Positions 6,914 through 15,078 of a DNA stretch of 64,000 nt are shown here, in pieces. The stretch's first letter is position 1; each line of letters starts with the position of its first letter. The position numbers and the translations under genes are program-made. The stretch spans positions 27,425 to 91,424 of the forward strand of contig CBFDCR010000010.1 of NCBI GenBank assembly GCA_965603365.1, read 5' to 3'. The notes under the pieces are model-generated. The model was not told the DNA's origin and made no database searches. It saw only the letters and a list, made by a program, of their open reading frames with translations. Source of the stretch: an uncultured bacterium. Lineage in GTDB: Bacteria > Acidobacteriota > Aminicenantia > UBA2199.

Positions 6914-8431
6914 ATGGGCAGAGCAGTACGTGAGGGATTGCCATTTGGCAAAGAGACACCTATTGAGGTAATCGAGAAGATTGGAAAGGACGGCCTCTCA
7001 GGTGGAGTATCGGATGTGTGTTTGTTTCCAACATACAAATGCGACCTGAATTGCTACATGTGCCATGTGCAGCACACCAGGGGCAAGGACGATCCATACT
7101 TGTCCCCGGGGCAGCTAAAAGAGGTATTTGACGATGTGAAGGTAACTACGATGTTCCATCTAGGCGGCGAGCCGTTCGTAAGGCCCGAAATGATGGAAAT
7201 TCTCAAATACTTCGATTCCAGGAGGACGAACCAGATCATTTCCACTAATGGTACCAATGTGACCGAGACAATGGCTGAGGAATTAGCCAGGTTGAAACAT
7301 CTGGTATGTGTCCAGGTCTCCTTGAACGGAACGGGGGAAAATGACAATATCATAAGAGGGTCTTCAAAGGCCTTTGAAACGACAGTTGAAGGTATCAAAA
7401 TCCTTAAAAAGGCAGGTCTTCAAACGTGGATCCACAGCGTGGTCCTGAACGAAAATATCGACGATCTGGCAAACATTGTAAGGCTCGGTGGAGAACTGGG
7501 GGTTGGCATGGTCAATTTCCTTTTCGGCCAGATGATGTCGGCAGAAGAGGCAAAGAAAACAAAGGATGTCATCAGGAAGTGGATAGGCGAAGAGGTGGAT
7601 ATAGGGGGATACATTGGGGAAATCGCTTATTCGAAGGAGCAATTGATCAACAGCGTAAATGCGGCAAAAGAGGAAGGAAAGAGGCTCGGCCTTCAGGTCA
7701 TGTTCTTTCCCCGTGTGTTTGGAGATAAACCGGAGATTTATTGGGATGGTACATTGCTGGAGCAAGAAAGGCCCATATGCCAGATGACCCTCATGCCGCC
7801 CCTTACCCCCATTGTGGGACCCGAAGGAGATGTTTACGGGTGCTGTATAGTAAACAAGAGCTTTGGAAATGTAAAGGAGCAATCATTAGAAGAGATATGG
7901 GATTCGCCCACACTTCGGGCATTCAGGCGGGGCCTTATCAATGACAAACTAATGCCCGTCTGTAAACGCTGTCCCAGCGGTGACATCATCGACCTCTCCG
8001 CCCCCAGGAGGCAATTATTTGCCGACCTTGCCGCCTGGGAGGCATACCTGGAACGCCTGACCAGAGCACTCAATGACCTACCCGAGCTTTCACCTGTCTT
8101 GAATAATATTGCCCCGGTGAGGTTCCAATACGAAATTAGCGATCGCCCCGAATATAACTACTGGCACGTTTTTGAGAAGGACGAGGTTCGCCTGGGGTTG
8201 GGAATAAATAGAGAGGATAATATTCCCAGGCTCATCCATAAGACCGACTTTGATACCCTCAATAAAGTGAATGCAGGTGAAATAAACCCTATCCAGGCAA
8301 CCATGGATGGTACCTATGCCGTAGATGGCGAGATGTCGAAGCTCATGGCCTGCGCCCCGTTAATTCCGCTGACCATCAAGGCACATGGCATCGCCATTGC
8401 GGATGTTAAAGATACCGACAGGGAGGGATGA
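6914..8431 (+). CDS. radical SAM enzyme with a partial SPASM/twitch Cys region and a C-terminal SCP2-like domain (paralog 1)
   Basis: RBS GGGAGG is present. CDLNCYMC lies at 7040-7063. The mid-protein region reads PICQMT...GDVYGCC...GNVKEQSLEEIWDS...PVCKRCP. The C-terminal ~100 aa match the SCP2 pattern (HKTDFDTLNKVNAGEINPIQATMDGTYAVDGEMSKLMACAPL). Confidence 0.75.
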   Translation: MGRAVREGLPFGKETPIEVIEKIGKDGLSGGVSDVCLFPTYKCDLNCYMCHVQHTRGKDDPYLSPGQLKEVFDDVKVTTMFHLGGEPFVRPEMMEILKYFDSRRTNQIISTNGTNVTETMAEELARLKHLVCVQVSLNGTGENDNIIRGSSKAFETTVEGIKILKKAGLQTWIHSVVLNENIDDLANIVRLGGELGVGMVNFLFGQMMSAEEAKKTKDVIRKWIGEEVDIGGYIGEIAYSKEQLINSVNAAKEEGKRLGLQVMFFPRVFGDKPEIYWDGTLLEQERPICQMTLMPPLTPIVGPEGDVYGCCIVNKSFGNVKEQSLEEIWDSPTLRAFRRGLINDKLMPVCKRCPSGDIIDLSAPRRQLFADLAAWEAYLERLTRALNDLPELSPVLNNIAPVRFQYEISDRPEYNYWHVFEKDEVRLGLGINREDNIPRLIHKTDFDTLNKVNAGEINPIQATMDGTYAVDGEMSKLMACAPLIPLTIKAHGIAIADVKDTDREG

Positions 8432-8434
8432 ATA

Positions 8435-9952
8435 ATGGTAGTAGAGAAAATAGGCTGCGGTGTGAGCAGGCGCGAAGGGATGCCCCTGGGCAAGGATACG
8501 CCGCTAGAGGTCATTCAAAAGATCGGGGCAAGCGGACTTTCCGGTGGAATTCACGATGTTTGCTATTACCCGACCTTCAAGTGCGACTTGAATTGTTACA
8601 TGTGCCTTGTAAAGCACAGGAAGGATAATATTGTCACTCCTATGTCCTCAGAGCAGGCGAAGACTGCCTTTAGGGATGTTAAAACCTTATTCTATCTAGG
8701 AGGAGAGCCCTTCACGTGCGGCAATACCCTGGAATTAATGAAACACTTCGACGATAATGGAATAAACCAGATCATCTCCACAAACGGAATCCACATCACC
8801 CAATCCACGGCAGAGAAGCTGGCGGAACTGAAAAAGCTGGTTGTCATACAGGTCTCATTGAATGGCTCGGGCGAAAATGATAACGGCATAAGAGGATGGT
8901 CACAGGCATTTGAAACAACGGTAGATGGCATCAAGGTTCTCACTAATGCCGGCTTACCCGTATGGATTCACTGCGTGATATTGAACGAAAACATAGACGA
9001 TCTTGTTAATGTTGTCAAACTGGGTGTGGAGTTGGGGGTTGACGCGGTTAATTTCATCTTTGCCCATGTGACGACCCCCGAAGAGATCCAGGCCACGAAA
9101 GAACTATTGAAGGAATGGACCGGCCAAGATGTGGAGGTGAATGGTTACGTTGGGGAATTGTCATATTCGGAAGAGCAATTGGTAAACAGCATCAATGCCG
9201 TAAAGGAAGAGGGAAGAAAAAATGGCATCCAGATCATGTTTTTTTCAAAATTGTTCGGGGACAGACCCGAACTCTACTGGCAGGGAAAATTACTGGAGCA
9301 AGAAAACCCCATTTGCCAATTAACCCTGATGCCACCGCTTACTCCGGCCATCGGACCCGATGGTGACGTTTTTTTATGTCCCTACATCGAAAAGAGTTTC
9401 GGTAACGTGAACACAGCTACCCTGGAGGACATCTGGGACTCGGAACAACTTCAAGCCATCCGCAGGGGAATGATCAACGGTAAGATGTTGCCCATTTGCA
9501 GACGCTGCCCTTGCAGCGATGAGATCAATACGCCCACATCTGGAGAACAAGGGGCCGTGAACAAAGCCCTCTGGGAAACTTATTTAAAGAACTTAACCAA
9601 AGCGCTCAATGATCTCCCGGAGGTTCGACCTATTTTAGAAAATCTCGCCTATGCCCCCGTGGTCTTCCAATACCACATCACCAATCGCCCCGAATTTAAC
9701 TACTGGCATGCCTTTAGAAAGGATGGTATCTACCTGGGTATGGGTGAGAACGAGGAAGAAGATGTCACAAAGCTCATCCACTCCACCGACCTTGATACCC
9801 TGAGAAAGGTAAATTCAGGGGAAGCAAATCCCGTGCAAGCGACCATGGCAGGAACCTACTCCGTGGATGGTGACATGACGATCCTCATGTCCTGTTCGCC
9901 GTTACTACCGTTAACGGTAACAGCACACGCTATTACTGCCAGGCAAGATTAA
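8435..9952 (+). CDS. radical SAM enzyme with a partial SPASM/twitch Cys region and a C-terminal SCP2-like domain (paralog 2, tandem duplicate)
   Basis: The gene starts 3 nt after the previous stop. It is the same length (505 aa) and colinear with 6914..8431. CDLNCYMC lies at 8582-8605. It carries PICQLT...GDVFLCP...GNVNTATLEDIWDS...PICRRCPC and the SCP2-like tail (HSTDLDTLRKVNSGEANPVQATMAGTYSVDGDMTILMSCSPL). Confidence 0.75.
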   Translation: MVVEKIGCGVSRREGMPLGKDTPLEVIQKIGASGLSGGIHDVCYYPTFKCDLNCYMCLVKHRKDNIVTPMSSEQAKTAFRDVKTLFYLGGEPFTCGNTLELMKHFDDNGINQIISTNGIHITQSTAEKLAELKKLVVIQVSLNGSGENDNGIRGWSQAFETTVDGIKVLTNAGLPVWIHCVILNENIDDLVNVVKLGVELGVDAVNFIFAHVTTPEEIQATKELLKEWTGQDVEVNGYVGELSYSEEQLVNSINAVKEEGRKNGIQIMFFSKLFGDRPELYWQGKLLEQENPICQLTLMPPLTPAIGPDGDVFLCPYIEKSFGNVNTATLEDIWDSEQLQAIRRGMINGKMLPICRRCPCSDEINTPTSGEQGAVNKALWETYLKNLTKALNDLPEVRPILENLAYAPVVFQYHITNRPEFNYWHAFRKDGIYLGMGENEEEDVTKLIHSTDLDTLRKVNSGEANPVQATMAGTYSVDGDMTILMSCSPLLPLTVTAHAITARQD

Positions 9953-9968
9953 ATGTAAAAGGAGGCAT

Positions 9969-11333
9969 TTGAGAATGGATTGGGAAGCCGAGGTTGGAGA
10001 GATATTTAAAAAACTTGTTGCCCAGGTTCCGGACCAGTTCCGTCCCATGGTGGAGCCGCTGCTGCACGACACTGCAGAGAAAAAATGCGTCGAGAGGAAC
10101 GCCGGCGTGGTCAATAATGACGACCTGATAACCGCTCTGTTCGATATTACCCCCGAGCCCTTCAAGGCCCAGGCCATAGACAACTGCAAGGCCATCGGCA
10201 TTGACCCGCAGAGATATATAGAGCTCAAAGAGGTACAGGAACAGTATAAATTAAGCTGGGAGAAGTTCGGCAAGGCGTTTCACCCTGGCAACAAGCACTT
10301 CGCCATGTACATTACGGACAGGTGCAACCAGAAATGCCTCCACTGTGCCGCAGATTCCGAAGAGCATCGGGAGGAGCTTTCCACCGACCGGTGGATACAG
10401 ATCGTGGAGAACCTCGAATTCGGCCTTCGTAAGGAGGGGAGGCGCGGGGTCTACATATGGTTCGGCGGGGAGCCCACCTGCCGCCAGGACCTACCCGAGC
10501 TGATCAAGTACTGCGGCGATAAAGGATACCACCAGGCCTTGATCACCAATGGTATACTTTTCGACGAGGACCTGGCAAAGTTCTGTGCCGACAACGGTAT
10601 GGGCCACCTGTTCGTCAGCTTCGACAGCGCAGACCCTGAAAAGAACGACAGGATCAGGGGCGCAGCCCATTCACTCGAGTATGCCAGAAAGGCAGTGGAA
10701 AACGCCCTCAAGTACGGGATATTCGCCTGCGGCTCCACCACCGTAATGAAACAGAACATCGATGAACTGGAGGATATAAAGAAGATGGCCGAGGCGTGGG
10801 GGGCTGCCCCCTATTTCAGGGCGGTGGTGAAGCAGAAGAAGGCGGCCGAGAACTGGGACGAGATCGGGCTTTCTACCGAGGAATACAAGACGCTGTACGA
10901 TTTCAAGTACACACATGTCATCGATGCCATAAGGGAGGGGAAGGGTGAGGCCCTGCCCATATACTCCATCTTCGAGATGGTGCCCTTTATGGAAAAACCC
11001 CTGAATAACAAGGAGCTCACGGCTCTGGAGTGGGGCGTTGGTTGTCAGGCCTGCCGGATATTCAACGGCATCGATGTCAACGGCGATGTCTTTCCCTGCG
11101 GCTATCCCTCCAACCTGATACTGGGCAATGCCCTTACAGACAGCTTTGAAGACATCATGAACTCACAAATCTACAAGGATATTCGCGATAGAAAACGTAA
11201 CGGAAAATGCGCTGGATGCCACCACCTCGATCTCTGCGGTGGGGGGTGCAGGGTACATGCAGAATGCGATACCGGCGACTTTTTCGCCTCCTTTTCATAT
11301 TGCTGGCACCAAAACGACCACCACCATGCTTAA
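9969..11333 (+). CDS. radical SAM/SPASM enzyme with an N-terminal PCP_red-like helical domain and a His-rich C-terminus
   Basis: CNQKCLHC lies at 10323-10346. A full 7-Cys SPASM pattern is present (CQAC...PCGY...GKCAGCHHLDLCGGGC). The N-terminal ~95 aa (DWEAEVGEIFKKLVAQVPDQFRPMVEP...) resemble the PF08369-type domain. The protein ends WHQNDHHHA. Confidence 0.75.
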   Translation: MRMDWEAEVGEIFKKLVAQVPDQFRPMVEPLLHDTAEKKCVERNAGVVNNDDLITALFDITPEPFKAQAIDNCKAIGIDPQRYIELKEVQEQYKLSWEKFGKAFHPGNKHFAMYITDRCNQKCLHCAADSEEHREELSTDRWIQIVENLEFGLRKEGRRGVYIWFGGEPTCRQDLPELIKYCGDKGYHQALITNGILFDEDLAKFCADNGMGHLFVSFDSADPEKNDRIRGAAHSLEYARKAVENALKYGIFACGSTTVMKQNIDELEDIKKMAEAWGAAPYFRAVVKQKKAAENWDEIGLSTEEYKTLYDFKYTHVIDAIREGKGEALPIYSIFEMVPFMEKPLNNKELTALEWGVGCQACRIFNGIDVNGDVFPCGYPSNLILGNALTDSFEDIMNSQIYKDIRDRKRNGKCAGCHHLDLCGGGCRVHAECDTGDFFASFSYCWHQNDHHHA

Positions 11334-12577
11334 CGGCCGTAGAGTTGGGGGATGATCTCCTGCCTGGTGTATACTTTTCCCTTCAGGTCCACGTAGACCA
11401 CCTGGTCTGTGGTCTCCACTCGCCAGAAGGGGTAGGCCCGGCTGTAGGTGAGGTTACAGGGGGTAAAGACCATGGTGGCCCTGATCTCGCTCGTTACGTC
11501 CCGGCTCTCCAGTTTCAAGAATCCTGAAGCCGCCTTGATCGCCTCATCTTTCGGGAGATATTCGACGGGGCGGCCAAAAGAGGCGACCTCCTCAAAATCC
11601 CCGGTAGAGCCGTTAATGATCACACTGATGCTGGAGCGATCCTGATCGACCTCGCTGTTTAAGGCAGAAGTAAAATTATCGCCCGCTTTGGCATAGGGAA
11701 TGATGTAGTAGTAGGGAACCCATTCGGCCTCGGCCATTTCAAAGGTGATCTCTTCCCGCACCAGGATCGGCTCCAGATTTTGGGTATCTCCGTCGTCCAA
11801 CGCTGCGTACGACGGGTGTTTGGCAGCCAGATCCAATTGGTCGATATAGTTTTCAGAGTACTGCAGGGCCTCGGCCTCCGAAAGCTCGGGTGTGCCTCTT
11901 CGATCCACCAGATCGGCACTCACCGATCCCTGGATGTCCGGGGGTTCGATAAGGGCCACATATTTGTTGTACCAGGTGCCCGTGAGGGTGACGGGATTTT
12001 GCCACCTGGTATCGTACCAGACCGTGCCGGTCATGGTACTGACCTGGCCGACGCCGATAGGCCAGGGGTCGTGGATGGTGATTTCCAACAGTTCGGGGTC
12101 GCTGCCCCAGACCGGCTCGATATCGGTCACATAGCCCACCACGTCGACCCAGTGGTAACCGCTGTTGACCAGGGTGGTAACGGGGTAACTGTTGTAATTC
12201 ATCCAGAAGAGGATCTGGAACATCAGTTCTTCCCGTACATCGTATGACTTGAGCGACCATATCCCCACCTGGGGTGGGTTGAGAGTCGGGTCCATCAGGG
12301 TGCCCCGCATACCCTCAGGGTCGGTGGCCCAGCCCGGTTCGCCGCTGTTGTAGGTCTGGATGAAGGTCCATAGATAAGATTGTTCAAAATAGATGGATGG
12401 GTAGGGGTCGGGATAACCGTTAAAGATCATCTGGGCACAGGCAGGCCCGCTCCAGATGCTGTTTTCCTGGCCGTACAGGGGGATCGTCAATGCCACCTCG
12501 TAGTCGGCTAAGAGGGCTGTCTGAAGGCCCAGTAACAGAAAAATGATGCAAAAAACCGTTGAGATTCGTCTTAACAT
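11330..12577 (-). CDS. secreted papain-fold cysteine peptidase, C39-like (Peptidase_C39_2-type), with a C-terminal PepSY-like region
   Basis: A signal peptide is present. The catalytic-Cys context is QENSIWSGPACAQMI, with downstream GYHWVDVVGY and IHDPW as His and Asp/Asn candidates. Its stop codon overlaps the convergent radical SAM gene's stop (TTAA). Confidence 0.6.
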   Translation of the reverse strand: MLRRISTVFCIIFLLLGLQTALLADYEVALTIPLYGQENSIWSGPACAQMIFNGYPDPYPSIYFEQSYLWTFIQTYNSGEPGWATDPEGMRGTLMDPTLNPPQVGIWSLKSYDVREELMFQILFWMNYNSYPVTTLVNSGYHWVDVVGYVTDIEPVWGSDPELLEITIHDPWPIGVGQVSTMTGTVWYDTRWQNPVTLTGTWYNKYVALIEPPDIQGSVSADLVDRRGTPELSEAEALQYSENYIDQLDLAAKHPSYAALDDGDTQNLEPILVREEITFEMAEAEWVPYYYIIPYAKAGDNFTSALNSEVDQDRSSISVIINGSTGDFEEVASFGRPVEYLPKDEAIKAASGFLKLESRDVTSEIRATMVFTPCNLTYSRAYPFWRVETTDQVVYVDLKGKVYTRQEIIPQLYGR

Positions 12578-12607
12578 GCTTGTCCTCCTTTTTTTATTTT
12601 TGGCTAT

Positions 12608-13567
12608 CTAGCCGCCGTAATAGGGGATGGGATAGGCGGCGGCATAACCCACGTAATTACAACCGTAGATAATCCACATAAAACCACCCTCGGTTTCTTG
12701 ATCGATTCGACCGTCTCCGTTGATATCTACGCCGCCCCAGTCGGTGTCCCAGGAGTTCTTCAGCAGCCAGGCGCCGGCAGGCCCCAGGCTGTCGTCCCAG
12801 CCGCATAAGGCCACACAGTGGTTGAGCTCGGAACCTGTGCAGTGGTCAAACACACCGCCGCTGTAGGCCTGGAACCAATAATCGGCGACGATGCCCACCG
12901 CCACCGAGCCGTAATCCATGATGGCCTGTTTGATGTCGTTCACCGGCGGAACACTGCCGCTGTTTCCCACCCAATCCCAATCGTAGATGAAATAGAGATG
13001 GGAGCAGGAGTGATTACAGGGTTTTTTATAGCCCACATAGGGATAACAGGTCTCTGTCAGCGCGCCCTCGTTCATGAACATGTAAAAATTGATAAAGCCC
13101 CCCTGGCAGCTCCAGCCCCAGGGGTTACAGTCCAACAGCCACTGCTCCGATAGATCCTCTTCGGTGCTCATCATCTTCTTGATCAGTCCCTCGACAGCAC
13201 TCGCCATGCAGAAGGCCCAGCAACTGCCGCAGGCCCCCTGATCCTTGGCCGGCGTATAATAACCGATGTAGCGGGAGGGCAGATCCAATCGGACGGTGAA
13301 ATTCTGATCGTCGGCTTCCACTCTGGTGCTGGTCTCCCCCATGGCCAGCTCCGTCTTAAAACAACATAACTGGCTCAAGGGATACTGGCAGGCGGAGTTG
13401 TAGTCCACCGTGAAGGAATAGCCCCTCTCGTTAATCTCCTTTCTCATTTGTTCCAGTTGGTCTTGCCAATCGTTCTCGCTGATTGTTGTGGTTCCCTTTA
13501 TTCCTGTTACCAGGATTAATGAGAAAACCACAATCGTTAAAGAAAAAACAAGGAAAAATTTTTTCAT
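12608..13567 (-). CDS. secreted papain-family (C1A) cysteine peptidase
   Basis: A signal peptide is present, and the canonical motifs are KDQGACGSCWAF (Cys), LNHCVALCGW (His) and LLKNSWDTDWG (Asn). Confidence 0.85.
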   Translation of the reverse strand: MKKFFLVFSLTIVVFSLILVTGIKGTTTISENDWQDQLEQMRKEINERGYSFTVDYNSACQYPLSQLCCFKTELAMGETSTRVEADDQNFTVRLDLPSRYIGYYTPAKDQGACGSCWAFCMASAVEGLIKKMMSTEEDLSEQWLLDCNPWGWSCQGGFINFYMFMNEGALTETCYPYVGYKKPCNHSCSHLYFIYDWDWVGNSGSVPPVNDIKQAIMDYGSVAVGIVADYWFQAYSGGVFDHCTGSELNHCVALCGWDDSLGPAGAWLLKNSWDTDWGGVDINGDGRIDQETEGGFMWIIYGCNYVGYAAAYPIPYYGG

Positions 13568-13645
13568 GATAACCTCCTTTTTACATAATTATATTATGTT
13601 ACCTTCAGAAGATTTTCAACAAATAAATCAATTTTAACTAAAAAT

Positions 13646-14008
13646 TTAGCCCCGGTGGGCAGAATCGGGGGAGAAGGCGGGCCGGCAGACGGCGATGTAT
13701 TCAGCCCCTTCGGGACCGGGAGTGGCGTATCGTACCCATTCGCCCCGGCGGGTCATGATGGCTTCACCGGCCCTGACATCGATCGTATCCTGTTTCGATT
13801 CCACCCTCAATGTGCCTTTCAGCACCACGGTATATTCGTCGAATTCCGGGGTCTGGCCCGGTTCGGCCCAGCCCGGCGGACTGATCATCCGGGCAATACT
13901 TAAATCTGTGGTCCGGGTATTGACCCGGCCAATATACTCCTCGATTTTCTTGGGTTTGTTGCCGGCGGCTTTAACCACGGCAGGCCCTTTTACTAAAGTC
14001 GGCATCAT
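13646..14008 (-). CDS. small cupin-fold protein
   Basis: The 120-aa protein shows a cupin-like pattern (PEFDEYTVVLKGTLRVE...DVRAGEAIMTRRGEWVRY). I see no HxH metal motif. It has the same orientation as, and lies 78 nt upstream of, the C1 peptidase gene. Confidence 0.55.
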   Translation of the reverse strand: MMPTLVKGPAVVKAAGNKPKKIEEYIGRVNTRTTDLSIARMISPPGWAEPGQTPEFDEYTVVLKGTLRVESKQDTIDVRAGEAIMTRRGEWVRYATPGPEGAEYIAVCRPAFSPDSAHRG

Positions 14009-14178
14009 TTACCTCGCTTGTATGGATTCAGATGAAATAATACCCCCCTGATGCCCAAAATTCAACTGCTTTCCGCTCTGGAGTTACCCCAAAGAATAAA
14101 ATTCGAAATCCCAAAGTAAGGGACCTGTGATTTTCGAAAAATGGGCACAGAAAAGAGGTCAGACAAGACTGTCACCCC

Positions 14179-14835
14179 CTAAAATTCTAATTTATAGATA
14201 TATAATCTTTCCGTTTCATCGTGACTTTTACTGGCCAATAGATAGCCGTCGTCCGAGATGAAAAAAGGGTTTAAATTTTTATCAACCGAAAGCCTAACTT
14301 TTGGGTTTTTGGTTTTACCGTCGAAGATGAGACAATCACAGCCCACGGTCTCGCCGAATTCCTTTCGATATTTCAATTTCGTTAAAAAAACGACAAAGTG
14401 ACTCTTGTAAACAAGAATCGATCTGATAAAAGGCACATAGGCAATCGGGGGATATTTAACCGGGAAATCCAGGAAATGGGAAGGGAATGTGTACTGCTTC
14501 TCTATTTCATATTGAAATTGATCCTGATATTTCCCATCCACCGAATAGACAAAAAATTCAACCGGGTTGTTGGGATAGACGAAAGAGATGAGCATTCTAC
14601 CGCTGCCTTTATCGATGCCGATTTTAGGGTTCAGATAAAAACTCATTTACAGCGCCTTTTGGGAGAGCTTTCTCCCTGTATTGATGTGAATGGGTGTTTC
14701 ATCAAAAAAAGAGTAGGTCGAATACGAATGGGTATCGATATTCCTTAGATCTGCCGGAGCACCTTTCCACTTTGATTCAACTGCCGGTGGACGTTCGTAT
14801 TTTAAATTTTGCGCCGATTTCCTTTGTTCATTCAT
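14179..14835 (-). pseudogene. remnant of a 6-bladed beta-propeller-family gene (two ORFs separated only by an in-frame TAA; N-terminally truncated)
   Basis: ORFs 14835..14647 and 14646..14179 are in the same frame, with TAA (14649-14647) immediately followed by ATG. There is no signal peptide. The C-terminal part (...LIFDGKTKNPKVRLSV...ERLYIYKLEF) resembles the tail of the 5540..6661 protein, and the region is equally AT-rich. Confidence 0.4.
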
Positions 14836-14859
14836 GGAACGGGTCGTCCGACACTACCT

Positions 14860-14908
14860 GGACATGAAATCCCTGCTCCGCCGAAGTATTAAGGAGGCCT
14901 TCGCATCA
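14860..14908. repeat. dispersed 49-bp repeat, copy A
   Basis: GGACATGAAATCCCTGCTCCGCCGAAGTATTAAGGAGGCCTTCGCATCA matches 38697..38745 at 43 of 49 positions by my hand alignment. Confidence 0.7.
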
Positions 14909-15027
14909 TGAGCCTTAACCAGGAACTCATTCAAAAACGATGCCAGGAGATTGCCGATTCTTTGAAGAGTAAAAAAGGGGGCACGCGAAAAATGTCCTTT
15001 TCCCAGAGCCACGTCGTAGTTTTTTAA
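14908..15027 (+). pseudogene. short HepT/DUF86-like N-terminal remnant (39 aa)
   Basis: ATG follows RBS AAGGAGG. MSLNQELIQKRCQEIADSLKS resembles HepT/DUF86 N-termini. It overlaps the stop of a 25-aa upstream ORF by ATGA, as in MNT-HepT pairs. It is far too short to be functional. Confidence 0.3.
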
Positions 15028-15078
15028 ACCGCCCCAGGTATCCTTAGTCAAAGCTGAAGAGTATGGGGCGTGAGTCTA

